A stretch of 63,910 nt of DNA, filler included, from Bigelowiella natans CCMP2755 (GCA_000320545.1; 4 parts of 4 records of this genome joined end to end with filler, not necessarily neighbours in it); one strand, 5' to 3'. Shown: positions 14,205-27,562, counted from the first letter of the whole stretch. A program made the numbers and translations. The notes: generated by a model not told the origin, from the letters alone.

Positions 14205-14640
14205 CAAGCTGGCCCCTTCCAGCTCTCGGCCTCGGATGACAAGACCTGCATCCTCCGGAGCATCCAAGATGGGACCCGACTCCGAACGCTCAAAGGGTGC
14301 GCATGCTGGCATGTTCCAACGGTGCGGACTTTGGGTGAGGGGATGCGCCCTGTCGTCCAATTGCTGTCGTCTGAAGGCAAGCTGAAGCCCTCTGCCTCGT
14401 TTGACGGCATCTGCATCCTCTGGGACACCCAAGATGGGACTCAACTCCGAACGCTCAAAGGTTCCACTCAAATTTTGTTTGGATGCATCCTGCTAGCTAG
14501 CTAGCCTGTCGGTCGACGGCAAGCTCGCCCTCGCTCCCAGCTCTCGCTGACTCGGCCTGGCTAGCTGGAATGATGACAAGGCGCCGCATCCTTTGGAACA
14601 ACGAAGACGGGAGCCGACTCTGAACGCTCAAAGAACAAGC
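14205..14640 (+). pseudogene. Decayed tandem WD40-repeat fragment (about 3 units)
   Basis: SASDDKTCILRSIQDGTRLRTLKG, SASFDGICILWDTQDGTQLRTLKG, and a third frameshifted unit with a stop (SVDGKLAL...ILWNNEDGSRL*TLK). Units are similar at DNA level. Confidence 0.75.
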
Positions 14641-14945
14641 TCTAGAGCTAGCAAGGTACGAAGCTGGTTTCCAATGAGAAAGTCCAGAAATTGCTTCAAT
14701 CTAGCAATCCGAAGTGCCTGATGCTGCAGCGATGTTGTCAACAGATCTCATCATCATTGAACAATGGCATGAATGGCATGCGTCAATCCCACAATTGGAA
14801 ATGCCATGCATGCTAGCATGCGAGCAACACTGGAATAATCCAAGGTCAACCACGCGCTGGTGTTTAGCGCAGATCTTTTAGATTGCAAACGATGCAATTG
14901 CTTGCTGCACGCACATCTGTCTAGATCGACATGCATGTGCGTTGC
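14640..14945 (-). repeat. Dispersed repeat copy A (inverted, diverged homologue of 23030-23360)
   Basis: Reverse complement shares collinear blocks with the 23-kb copy: tgtcgatcta, caagcaattgcatcgtt, tgcgctaa, tggttga, aacatcgct, tttctg(g/a)actttctcat, accttgc. Confidence 0.85.
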
Positions 14946-15057
14946 AATTTGTGATGATCTTCTTAGGAAAGGCAATAAGATGCATGTGTGCATGTGTACT
15001 TGGATATGATTGTCGATCAGTATCCATCGCGCTGTGTCTGTACACATCTCTACGCAC

Positions 15058-15093
<36 letters not shown>

Positions 15094-15126
15094 GAGAAGA
15101 CAGCTCACTTCTGAGAGCATCTTAAT

Positions 15127-17334
15127 TCAATCGTCAACACTTGCCCGCACTACCAGAGCAATGTACTCCTCATACTTTGCGACCATCTTCAGTACCGCCC
15201 CGACGGTTATCGCACGCTGCTCGTGCTCATGGCGAAATCGGATAAGGGCAGATTTAACATCATCGTCGTTGGTTTTCGTTGTCTTCGAAGAAGCAACAGC
15301 GACCGGACTCGGTTTCCCAGAGTCATGAGTTGCTTGCTTTTTCTTCTCCTCTTTCGTAGTAACAGCGTTCCCATCACTGTGAACGACGGTCGCCTCCCCC
15401 CCACAAACTCTCTGTGTGCTTAGCTCCCGCGACACCCCCCCCCTGCTCTCTTTGCTGCTGCTCCTGTCTCTGGAGGGGTAGAGCATAGTCTCGGTGGAGT
15501 TCCATTGCCAGACGATCTCGGTGAGCTCTGTGCGGCCATCTAGACAGCCTGCTTCGAAGACCCCACGCAATATTTGATATTCCCTACTTCCGTCGGCGAG
15601 AGAGCTGATGAGCTTGGAGGCGTGCTGCCCCCCCCCTTCCCCTCCCCGCCCCTTCTGCTGAAGCGATTGCCGATAACGGTGCGACGGCGAAGATGGAGAA
15701 GCGCGCTCTCTACGATCTACATCGCTATTCGGACGCACAACCTTGATATGCAGTGGGGAACCGGGCGAGCAGGCATTACCTGACGCCAGCGGAAGGAGGT
15801 AAATGTAGCGTTTGTAAGGGACAAGGAGATTCTTGTTCACGGCCCAGCGCAGCATGAGGGAGAGATCCAACTTGTCGAGCCCCCTCTCCATCCAGTCGGC
15901 AACATGCCGTTTGAGCGGCAGCAGCCTGTTGAAGATGGCCAGGAAGCTAGGAAGCGAGAAACTCTTCTGGAAAGTCCTCTCAAACTCGTCGCTGATAGCC
16001 CCGAGCAGCCCAGCGACCCCCCTCACGCCGTAATGGCCGCTCGTGGAAGGCATCGTTGCCGGGGGGACCCCATAGATCGACAGCGCGGTGATAGTCGGAA
16101 CTATCTTGCCCAGTCTCCATACAACGAGGTGTCGCGCAAGGCGGAGCAGCCTCTCCAGCCGCACAGAGAATATCGTCGCCAGCTCTTGGAACGACTTGGT
16201 GGGGTCATGGCCCTCGACCAGCTTCACAAGGATCGGAGAGGCTGAGGGGGGGAGGCGACGCAGCACGTTGGTCGGCTTATCGCCGAGCAATAGCGAGTGG
16301 TGCGGCCTGATGTTTGTCTTTGAGATGTCCCGAAGTCGCAGGCCAATTGTGAGGTCAAAACCCAGCCACCCGTTAATAGTCACGCGAGCGATCTTCTGCA
16401 TCGAGCACAGACCGAGCAATATCTCATCTAATGTGTTTTCAAGAGGCCAGCGCTTCGGGATTGCAATCCCTCCTCCACCACTACCAGCAGTCGCCGTAGC
16501 AGCCGTTATAGAGCCAGGGCCGCCGGCATGCCTGCCACTTCCCGCATCCACTAATTTCGTCTGTGTTCGTTTCCTATCATGCTGCTGTTTCTCCGCGGCA
16601 GATATAGCGTGCTGCATCTCCGTCGAGACGTAGCTGCAGCGGATCTCCTCGCTCTTGAGAGCCAAAGACAGGTTCCGAACAGCGAAGCGAAAGCTCTCTC
16701 GAAGCCGCTCGGTCAGTACGCTCTTTGTTAGGCCGAAAACGACGTTGAACGCCTTTACATATCGTCTTGGGCCGGAAGGAATAGCCGAAGCATCGCCATG
16801 TCTGCCCTGCGCTCTATGCCGATGCTTCTTGTGTTCTTCGTAAGGTTTGCCCCCCGTGTCCTCGTCCTCGTCCTCGTCCTCGTCGCTGTCATCATCATCA
16901 TCAATAGGCCCGCCGCTCTTACGCATTTCATGAGTTATCCGAACCGGGTATGAGATGTATTGGAGGTTACCAATTCCGATCTCAAGGATTCCCCGGGGCT
17001 TGGGGTCATTTTCCTCGAAGGCCTTCAAATCGTGCGCCCTTGGGAGAAACAGCCTTGAGAATTCTTTCGCTGAGAGCCCATAGACGGCGGAATCCGCCCC
17101 CACCCCCCCGCGACTGCTTCCCAGGCCAGCCCGCCTTGGCATTTTTATTGCCTCCGAGTCTTTCCGGCCAATGCTAATGGCTTTTGGCGAACCAAACTGC
17201 GTTTTGTGATAAAGGATAGTATAGCCGTCGTCACTGAAGGTCACGAGGGAAAGACCCAAGGGCAGCTTCTGTGCCTCCACCCTGATCCCGCCGGTTTCGG
17301 GAGGGGAATTCGAATCATTTCCGCCCCCCATCAT
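15127..17334 (-). CDS. NPRL3: GATOR1 complex subunit NPRL3 / nitrogen permease regulator 3 homologue (single exon, 735 aa)
   Basis: Long ORF with NPR3-family motifs: longin-like N-terminus, FNVVFGL, LSLALKSEEIRCSYVSTEM, IRPHHSLLL, LPPSASPILVKLV...PTKSFQELA, LARHLVVWRLGKIV. Confidence 0.85.
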   Translation of the reverse strand: MMGGGNDSNSPPETGGIRVEAQKLPLGLSLVTFSDDGYTILYHKTQFGSPKAISIGRKDSEAIKMPRRAGLGSSRGGVGADSAVYGLSAKEFSRLFLPRAHDLKAFEENDPKPRGILEIGIGNLQYISYPVRITHEMRKSGGPIDDDDDSDEDEDEDEDTGGKPYEEHKKHRHRAQGRHGDASAIPSGPRRYVKAFNVVFGLTKSVLTERLRESFRFAVRNLSLALKSEEIRCSYVSTEMQHAISAAEKQQHDRKRTQTKLVDAGSGRHAGGPGSITAATATAGSGGGGIAIPKRWPLENTLDEILLGLCSMQKIARVTINGWLGFDLTIGLRLRDISKTNIRPHHSLLLGDKPTNVLRRLPPSASPILVKLVEGHDPTKSFQELATIFSVRLERLLRLARHLVVWRLGKIVPTITALSIYGVPPATMPSTSGHYGVRGVAGLLGAISDEFERTFQKSFSLPSFLAIFNRLLPLKRHVADWMERGLDKLDLSLMLRWAVNKNLLVPYKRYIYLLPLASGNACSPGSPLHIKVVRPNSDVDRRERASPSSPSHRYRQSLQQKGRGGEGGGQHASKLISSLADGSREYQILRGVFEAGCLDGRTELTEIVWQWNSTETMLYPSRDRSSSKESRGGVSRELSTQRVCGGEATVVHSDGNAVTTKEEKKKQATHDSGKPSPVAVASSKTTKTNDDDVKSALIRFRHEHEQRAITVGAVLKMVAKYEEYIALVVRASVDD

Positions 17335-17759
17335 ATTTTCAAGCGCGGGAATCTGAGCATGCCGGTCATGCGAAGAAGGAGGGCCGTCACGAAGAGCGGG
17401 AGAGCGGGAGGGGTGGAGGGCAAATTTCTTAAAATATTCAGATCTATTACGCTCAAAATCCTGCTGAAATATGTTTAGGAATCTGGATGAAATTCACACT
17501 TAAAACCCCTTACAAAATGTCGCATTAAATAAATACCATATTTTACAAGTACGAATGAGAGTATTTCACCGCAAGAATTATTTTGAGAATCCTTCCAGCC
17601 AGCAGGCAAATTGCATATAGATGTTCTAAGGGTAATCGCTTCGGTACACTGTTTTCCAACGCTCAAAAAAAGTGCAATAAAAATATTCTAGCCATACAAA
17701 ATTGGTTATTCAATTTCCCCCGAAATATCCCTCATAAATCGACCGCAAACTACTCGGGA

Positions 17760-18861
17760 ATGCAAGCATTCCGGAATGTGGTGCGAAGCCTCCAAAAAAA
17801 CAGAAGGCCAGAAACAGTTCCTATTTCGGATGCGACAATAAAGGTTTCCTGTCTTTTACTAAATTTGACATTCTTTTTCTGATTTCCTCAAATTTCGGAA
17901 GCAAATTCTGTCTGAATCTGCCTGGCCACGCTCCGGTCAGATAGCGGTCGGAGGAGCCGAGGTTTGGGGGGGGGAGGCATGGATCTCTACCACCGCCTAC
18001 GAAGACCCTTGTGGATATTAGGATTAATTAGCTCCTTAGCTCTTCTATCGCTGCATGGTTTTGAGGAGGTTAGTGCGCTACTATTTGGCACAATTGAAGG
18101 TGATGTTTCCTAAGATAGCTGTGTGCATTCAGAGGGGGGCCAGGAAAGTAGGTCGAGTTGCGGACAAGTACTACAACAAAAAGGTGATATGGAACCGGGT
18201 ATATACTGGAGTATTTATGATGTTCGAAAAACCGCCTTCGTAGTCCGTCAAAATGGTGCTTTCCTCATAATCATTACAGCAAACCGATTAGCCTAACCCT
18301 TCCTATCATTCCTCTTTCTCCGCACTCCTTAGATTTTGCCAAAGCTGCGGAAGAAACGAGAAGGTCTTATAACGATCAAAATATATCGGAATTCGCGTTT
18401 GCTGTGTTATGAGGCCGGCTGTGCTCATCGTCGCATTCTCCCCCCTTTTGCGAATCACAACAATAGAATGGGTACGGAGACAGCAAGAGATCGATCCTAG
18501 CGGTGGAAACATATACTCATCCCGAGGAATGGTGACAGATGACCAGGTAGGGGAGGCTTGGGGTCGGGTTTCTATTTCCACGCTGTCGATATCACTTTTG
18601 TTGTGCTTCCTTCGTGCATATTGGACGACTTGCAGTTTGTCTGATAGTACTGATCTGGCGTGCAAGCTGCCATGGCTGCTGCTCAATAAAAACGATATAT
18701 CTTACAGATTCAGTGGATTCGAAAGACGCTCCAAAAGCCCTTACTTCGCCGCGACATTCACGGTGAGGAAGCAACATCGGTTCATAATCATTGCGAGAAA
18801 TAAAGGGGAGATTGTGAGACCAGATGAGACGTAAAGAAAAGCAGAGTAAGCGTAGCGCCAT

Positions 18862-18899
<38 letters not shown>

Positions 18900-19888
18900 A
18901 TATAACTGATTGAATAAATATGCTAAGCAATGTTTACGAAATCTCTCTCTCTCTGTCTCTCTCTCTCTCTCTCTTTCTCTCTCCGTGTCTTCCTGGGCAT
19001 GCTTGCGTGCGTGAGTGTGTGTATGTGCGCGTGCGCGCGCGCGCGTGTATGAATCGGTGTTTGTTGGGAGGAATCCGTCCTTTTTATCAACTGCGACATG
19101 CCAGCTGACTCCTACAGTTGTCCAGATCTTAACTGGAACGGCAAGTATATCACTGACACAGGCCTCGTGGTAATTTCTCGATATGCATCACCTTGCGGAG
19201 TGCGAGTCGGTCGTTCTGGCGTCTAGAAATAGAGCGAAAGAGCCTTCTCCTTTGTGCATCGCGATTAGAAGGAAGAGGACGATGCCGATGCTTTTTTCTC
19301 CCAGGTCATCATTAAGCAGGAGGAAGGTCGGATCGTCGCGACAAGGTAGTTGAGAGCTACACGCAGCACGCTACTTACATCCATCGAAGCTTACTTCTTC
19401 GATCTCTATTAACGCTGCCTGCCCCCCCCCCCCCATCCACAGTACCGCACGGTGGAGCCCGGCAAAGGGCGTCTTTGACGATTCCAGACCGAATACTGTT
19501 ACGCTGTTAGGAATGCAGGCTACATTAGATTCGGTCAGTCTGCTCACAGCTACATGGAGAAGCGGGAGCGCACGCCTACCCAACCCCCTCCTCCTCCTAC
19601 CCCCCCTCCCCCCCGTTTCGTCCAATCCCATACAATGCCGATCAGTGAACATGCATTTGAAATATAATAGGGAGAGTATGGTTCGCCGTCATCGTCGTTA
19701 TCATCGTCGTTATCATTATCGTCGTCTGCAATCGTCTTGTTTTAATACGCTGATTACATGCATTTGACAGTCCGGGATGGTACGATGGGAAAATGGCCGG
19801 AAATGGCTCTCATATGGTCGCTGGCATTGAGAGGAGATCGTAGCGCATTTTAGTTGCAAGCGCCACCTTGCTTATATCCGTTTGACTT

Positions 19889-19920
<32 letters not shown>

Positions 19921-20119
19921 GATATATACATATATTAATAATATTTATACGTTCAATTCTTCTCACCCCCCCCTCCCAACCCCTCTCCCTTCTTCTGCAC
20001 GAATATCATCGTCATCAGAGGCGAAGGAGATTGCCTTGACGAAGTTGAGGCTCAAAGAGTTCTTCAAGTCTTTCGATGCGAACACTTCCGGTGTCGTACA
20101 CATGCAGATAGCATATGTA

Positions 20120-20158
<39 letters not shown>

Positions 20159-20632
20159 GCGCGCTGAGGCAGCCGCACAACAACGATTCGAATATATATT
20201 TGCAGATATAGTACCGCTTGATCACCGGTACGGTTTCTTAAATGAATTAATATATTTATATGTATATGTATTACCCGCAGCTCCTCACCGGATCACGAAG
20301 CTGGCTTATTTAGACATTTCTGTCAATGGCCGACTCTTCGGTAGAAGAGCAGTAGCTTGCGCGTGAATCAACTCCAAGTTCACCCCGTTGTGCTTTATTT
20401 ATTGTTGTTATTGTTGTTGTTGTCGTCGTCGCGCGTATAATATTCAAAGGGCGGATCACCATAGGGCTATATGGCGACGTCGTGCCCATGACATGCGAGA
20501 ACTTCCTGCAGCTTTGCACGGTAGTACGCGTGTGCGGAATGCTGTTAGTAGAAGACGAACGTAATTTGCAATAGGCGGTTCTTTTTGACGCCGGCCTTTC
20601 TTTGGTTCTCTTTCGCTCCTCTCTCTCTCTCC

Positions 20633-20719
<87 letters not shown>

Positions 20720-20738
20720 AATCCTTATGAAAACGCGC

Positions 20739-20769
<31 letters not shown>

Positions 20770-21337
20770 TGTGTGTGTTTGCGCTTTCCATGTTATGATA
20801 AGCTCACTTCACATGCAAAACAAGCACCAATGTACACGTCCGCAGGGCAGCAAAGGCAAATCTAAGCTTGGCACCGAGCTTTCGTATAAAGGCTCGTATT
20901 TCCATAGAATCGTCAAGAATCACCTCGTTCAAGCGGTCAGTCGACTCACAGCAGCTACATATGATGATAATGATGATGATAACAGCATCCATTTAAGAGC
21001 GTTAAGATCCCCATTCAGCATCATTATCAGCACCATCATCATCATCATCATCAACAACAACAACATCAACAACTTTGTCCATCTTCTTCTTCTTCTTCTT
21101 CTTCTATATCGTGGGGAAAATGACATCTCCCTTCTCCCAACCATCCTACCTGTTCCTCTTCCTCCTCTTCCTCTTTTTCCTCCTTCTTGTACTCTCCCTC
21201 CTCAATTCTATCTTTCATTTGCCAGGGCGACATCGTCAGGGGAGACGGGAGGAGCGGCGAAAGCATCTATGGCAAGTACTTTCCGGATGAGAGCTTCACA
21301 GTCAAACACGACCGAGTAACCTCTTATATCCTAAACG

Positions 21338-21413
<76 letters not shown>

Positions 21414-22218
21414 GTGTGTCTGTCTGTGTGTCTGTGTGTGTGTGTGTGTTAGTATCTATATTATATTAAAAAAATGTTAGGGTGTTAGTTTCATTAGCAG
21501 CAGTATCATTATCATCACCCAAAGATGACTTGACTCTTATCTTTCCCCAAAGCCATACGTCGTGAGCATGGCCAACTCTGGCGAAGATACAAACAACTCG
21601 CAATTCTTCATAACTCTCAAAGTACCCCTCTCCCTTCCCCCTCCCCCCCCCCCCTCTCTCTCACGCCTTCCATTGGAATGAAGAATAGCAGCACATTTTA
21701 GCATCGATCCTTGGAGATGCCGATCGAAGAGCACGTTCATATATTGTCGTGATATGTGCGGTGTTAGTCGCGCGACGGCGCATTTCAGAGTTGAGGGGCT
21801 GTTGTTGTTGTTGTTTCTATTGTTCCTTCTCTTTGCGTAGAAGTCGCCCTGGCTCGACGGTAGATACGTGGCCTTTGGAACTGTGTTGATCGGGCAGGAT
21901 TTGGTGCAGCTTCTATCGAAAATGGTGGTTTCTTTGCGTCGCTCTGATGAGGAGATGCTTCTTGAGAGAGAAAGAGAGAGAGAGAGAAAGAGAGAGAGAG
22001 GGGGGGAGAGAGAGAGATGCACACTCAATGTCAAAACAAAAACCGAAGACGTAACTGGTTGGCCATTGCCTCTCCGCTAACATGGCATAGCTTGATTTAC
22101 AACACACACGCCTCTGCACTGCTGCTTGGTATTCTGCTCGGTGTTATCTAGGGAGACGATAATAACGATCCAGTAGATGACGTGGTACTTCATACATATG
22201 TGCATAAATTTATCATAG

Positions 22219-22254
<36 letters not shown>

Positions 22255-22929
22255 TGCGATGAATACATGAATATACAGCCTTGTCCCCATTGTTGGTGGG
22301 GCACTCGCTTGTTAGATGGAGGTCCATTCTTAATCGTGTTACTTTATTCGGATGGGGAGCAGAGAGCGAATCTTCGTTTGTAGTAAAAGCCACCGTCTGC
22401 CATACGCAATTGCAGCATGCCCTGTTATTCAAATCGGCGGGGAAGAAATACTACCATCGTGCGTCTCTAGGTGATATCCGGCTGCGGCGAGCTTGCAATA
22501 CCGAAAGCAGTCGATGAAGGTAATGTTCCTGAAGCCGCGACGAGGACGAGCACGAAGGAAACGGTTATTGATAGAGCCAAAAAGGTATCGTTGACTAGAA
22601 GGCGACGGACAATAGAGGAATCGTCATCACGGGGGGAGGAAGATAGCAGGCTGTCTATCAAGGAGAAGAAACGAGGCCGAAAACGAGCGAGAGATAAGGA
22701 GCTTCCAGCTCTCGCCGCCCCCCCAACGCAAAAGCTAGTGTTCGAAAAATCGACGGCGAAGAGAGCATCCCCCGACAAGATAGAGACGGCAGATCGTCGG
22801 TCTGGAAGCAATGCGCGCAAGCTGAAGACGAGGAGTCAGAGAATGCTGCCGCTGCAGAGGGACAGTCTAGATACTGCGTACAATAAGCAGCAGCGTGATG
22901 ATGTGCATGAACAGTCATATGCTGTGTGA
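17760..22929 (+). CDS. Cyclophilin-type peptidyl-prolyl isomerase with long N-terminal extension and charged C-terminal tail
   Basis: Exons from ~20280 to 22500 splice to [17 protein letters not shown]|[23 protein letters not shown]|...[17 protein letters not shown]|[30 protein letters not shown]|[23 protein letters not shown]|[15 protein letters not shown]...|VISGCGEL. Linkage of the upstream exons (17760-20090) is less certain. Confidence 0.85.
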
Positions 22930-23029
22930 CCCTGCCTAGCTGCTGCAACTATGACGGTGCAAAATTGAACATCGCACACGTGTGAAGTGCGGGGTACATT
23001 CTAGCATTGCATACTATTATGCATGATAA

Positions 23030-23360
23030 CATGCAATGCATGTGTCGATCTAAATTTGAGTGCAAGCAATTGCATCGTTCGATCGCAATCTAGACCATTC
23101 ATGACGTGACTTTGTCTGTGCTTAATGCCATTTGCGCTAACAACCAACATGGTTGATCTCAGATTGTTGCTTGCATGTAATGGGCATTTTCATCGTGGCC
23201 ATTGATACATATTGTGGTCCTGATGGTCAAAGGGCTTATCTAGCTGTGCAATGAAGCACAGCATGTGTTGATGAACATCGCTTCAATGCAACACATGGGA
23301 TCGAAACACTTTCTGAACTTTCTCATCATCTCCGCTTCATGACCTTGCGAGCTTGTCTAG
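23030..23360 (+). repeat. Dispersed repeat copy B (homologue of 14640-14945)
   Basis: Collinear similarity to the reverse complement of 14640-14945; probable non-autonomous transposon relic, with no terminal repeats recognised. Confidence 0.85.
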
Positions 23361-24136
23361 TTGTGTAGATGAATCAGATTGTTGGTCGATCCATCGCCAC
23401 TAGGCCATTCTAGCATTGCAAGATTATGATTGCCACCAATGTGTGCTCACTGATTCGGCAATGCTGTCGTCGCGTGAGCTCAGAGCTCCGCGCTTGCTAG
23501 CTTGGCGATGTAACGACCTGCCACTCTAGGACTGCTTGATCAAAATTTGGTTCATTTAAAGATGACAGGAGACAAATTAAAACGAATTCGGGAACAGTCT
23601 GAGCATTTTGGCGGTGATGATGTGGCTTCTCTCCTTTTTTTGGAAAATCCCCCAAGTTCTTGTCATGTCATTGCTAGATTAGCGTTTGTGTTGCCTGCTG
23701 TTAGGTGATTTTGTTCGCTTTTGTTCATCTGAAACTCGCCGCACTTTCTGACGTCTCCCACAGGAGGGGCGTTCGCCATTGTGAATGACACGCCGAGGCT
23801 CGCTGCAATGGAGCACAGGCCGGTCTAGCGGTTCCGGATCGGAATAGAACATCGGACTTAGGAAATATCTACATATTTCATGTCTCTCCTCCTAAATACA
23901 GGGGATTTTCCCTCGATTTACTATCAACATGCCTTTTAAATACTACGCCAAGATATATTCCTTATCTCTATAGCAAAATCGCCAGGCACAGACCGCATTC
24001 TTCACGCCGATAACTGGGGTACCATTCTAAACGTTATGGGTTTCGTAACAGCGACAAGAAACTGGTGATATTTTTACGTAAATTACAGGCGAATTTGCTG
24101 GGGTTTCGTCGTTGCCACGGTGAAACACGAAAAGTA

Positions 24137-24860
24137 ATGGCGGCCGGTTGGCTACGATGGGCTGGCCTGATGGCGCTCACCGTCTCGATCCTCCTCTCAC
24201 TCTCGGCTTTTGTCAAGGTGTTCCGGTTCAGTTTCAATTCGCATTAAAAATTATGCACTGGGAACGTGATATTCATTGCGAGGGAGAATGCTCCTCCCCC
24301 CCCACCATTAGAGAAATACTTAGGATTCTTTTTTTGGATAATATCGTCTCGTGTACTTGCTACTTAGAGACCTTTGCCATCTGATGTGCAAATGTCGTTA
24401 ATTGACAATCGTACTTTTGATGGATCTTGCTTGTGAAGGGTCGATCTGAGACGGGTCTTCGGAGAGCCATGGCCAGCGCTAGGAGGGGGTTGCCATACGC
24501 CTCCATCGCCCCGAAGTACGGAAAGGGAGCTTCGAGGTTTTCTCGACGTTTTTATTTGCCTTCCGTTTTTCAGTGCAGTCACCTCGCTGCGTCTGGGGGG
24601 GGATGTGGTTTTCGGAAAGAACGAATACCATCTAACACAAAAATGCAAGTTTGATACAAACAAGACATAATGCCTTGTCAACTCGCACTGCTATGGAGAC
24701 CATTTCTTTAGTTTCTGTAATATCGATCGTTGTGCAATGCGATTGTACAATGACTGACCGTTGTATGTGCTTTCTGCCTTGTTTAGGGAAAGAAATCATC
24801 GTCACAGCAGCCGTGGGGCTCAAGGGCTGAGACCTAGATCAAACCTTCGCAAGGTACCAT

Positions 24861-24898
<38 letters not shown>

Positions 24899-25471
24899 CC
24901 GGTGCATATGTATACGAGCAAAGATTACGCATGCTGTGAGTTTAACGCACTTACGATAAATACACGTTCCGAAACACCGTTATGCAAACCATGCTCCGCG
25001 AGGCTATTTCTCACTGTCTTATTTCGCCTTTAACAACAGATCATTGAATACGACAAGGAAGATAAGGAATTCCCTGGATATGATGAGAGGGGATTCGTCT
25101 TCGATACGAGGTAGCTCAGCTGTGTGTGTGTGTGTGGGTGTGTGTGTGTGTGCGCGCGCGCGCGCGCGGCTAGTGTAACTAATCCTCCCCCCCACAACAC
25201 ACACGCAATATATATATATATATATATATATATTATTATCAATATTTATTTGTACATAACATTCCTCCTTAAACTAACCGTTACCAAAACTGCTACTGCT
25301 GGCCAATTCTCCCCCCCCCCCCCCCCCCCGCCACATCCCCCTCTAGATATAGGCCCTTGGAAGAAAGGCAGTTAGAAGCGGCTTTGAACTTGCAGCAATG
25401 GAAGGAGTTTGAAGATGAGATGGAACGTGATGGCAAGGTGTGCCAACATATGCTTTTTGCTTTGTCGGTAT

Positions 25472-25516
<45 letters not shown>

Positions 25517-25543
25517 ATGATATTTATCTCATGATAGCGTTTC

Positions 25544-25580
<37 letters not shown>

Positions 25581-25582
25581 AC

Positions 25583-25636
<54 letters not shown>

Positions 25637-26052
25637 TACATTTGTATATCATATATACATACATTTTATTGATGATACTTATTATACCCCCCCAGCCAAT
25701 TGCGGACGATGCATGGATCAAAGAGCTCGAGAAAGCTACCATCGAGATGGAAATGCCAAACCAATTCGGCTTTACACCACGCGTAAGAAGAACGCCTTGC
25801 AGCATCTAGCATAGAGCATTCAACCGCCCGCTAGTGTCACGGAGGGGGGGGGGAGGGGGGGGGAGGGGTAGCGGTGATAGCTAAAGGCCTGAACCTACCA
25901 CGAAAGAGAAAATCAATGAAGAACGTCATTATCAGCTGTAGATCTTCGCAATATTCCTTAAGCATTTACGCTAGTGTGTACCATATATGTTCTTTCGAGT
26001 CTACCACCCACATTTCCCCATTACTATTATCATCATTATCATCATCAATTAT

Positions 26053-26084
<32 letters not shown>

Positions 26085-26884
26085 TTAAAGGTACATTCCG
26101 AGCTGCACGAGGAGAATGAGAGCCTCTTCCGCTGTATATCCCGTGCGGTTTACGGGGACGATTCTCTTCATTTGAGAGTGCGGCATGAGGTAGTATGTGT
26201 GCGTATGTGTGTATGCGTGTGTGTGTATGCGTGTGTGTGTATGCGTGTGTGTGTGTGTGTGTGCGCGCGTATGTGTGCGTGTTAATCTATAACTGCATAT
26301 ATTGAAGATTAATGTCGTACAGGAGCCAACCTTCGCCTCCTCTCGAGTTTATCCGCTGTATAAGAGTGTGTTGCTTTTGTCACAAATACCAGTTCCTGAT
26401 TTCTCCTCTCCCACCTTCACCCCCCCCCCTCCCCCATCTTCTTCCTGTCCTCCCTAGATGTGCGATTGGCTGGTGGGCGCGCTCGTGAATAACATGAGCC
26501 TGGTTACTGATTATCGTAACAATGGGGGCCTCTCACAGGAGCAGGTGAAATTTTAACGCTTTTCAGCTTTGCGTTCTCTTCTTAGGCATTAGGAGGGGGG
26601 CCAGCGGGTGGGGGAGGTTGGTTGAAATTATATAATGGTATTCAATATCATTTGGTGCATTTGTGTGTGCGCATGTGTATTGTGTGTCGTGTGCCGTGTC
26701 TATATTCGTGTCGGGTCTTTGCTATTTAATTATGGTGTCACGATGCTTGCGCAGCTTGATATGGAGAGGGCGGAGGAGATGCAAGAAGCAGCTGAGCGGT
26801 TCTTCTGGGGATTTCATCCTTCTGAACAGAGCACGGTACTAGATTTCCATCATTTATTTTCAATTACTCTAAATGCGAACGTTG

Positions 26885-26915
<31 letters not shown>

Positions 26916-27295
26916 GTATACACAATTCCCTGTGTACCTCTGTGTATTCACTTGCTGCTAAGGCCCGTCCGTTCTTCTCCAAGAAGCTAACGAACGCGCA
27001 AGAAGAGGCTCTTTCGAGCTACATACAATCCGTCTCTACCAGCGCTGTAAGCAATACCCAGCTAGAGGCCGCCTTTTCCTGAGAAACGATTAAAATAAAC
27101 GGAATGTTGTATTAATAGTACAAGCGTGGTAATACTCCCCTCCCCCCCCCCCGAACCCCTTCTTCACCCGCATACAGGATGCAGAGAAGGAGGAGAAGAT
27201 ACTGCGGTTCTTTGACTCAAACCCGCCTTTACAAGCACTGACGGGTGACGTGCGCTAAAACGACGATGTCTATTATATGAGTACATAAATAAATG

Positions 27296-27347
<52 letters not shown>

Positions 27348-27522
27348 GATACCGTTCAATTGGACTCAATATCCATGTGGCGATAGTACTCTCTATGCGT
27401 GTCGCGTCGTGGAGGAGCTAAGAGTTCGGTTTTGCATCAGATTTGCGGGTATTTGACTATCAGCGGTTGCTGCAAGTGTTGGACAAAGCAAAGCAGGTCA
27501 AGAGAGCATACACATACGCACA

Positions 27523-27558
<36 letters not shown>

Positions 27559-27562
27559 ACAG

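Noticed and set aside
13870-15050. Methyl-CpG deamination or classical RIP as the cause of TG/CA excess
   Set aside because: CpG remains common and TpA is the missing dinucleotide; RIP would increase TpA.
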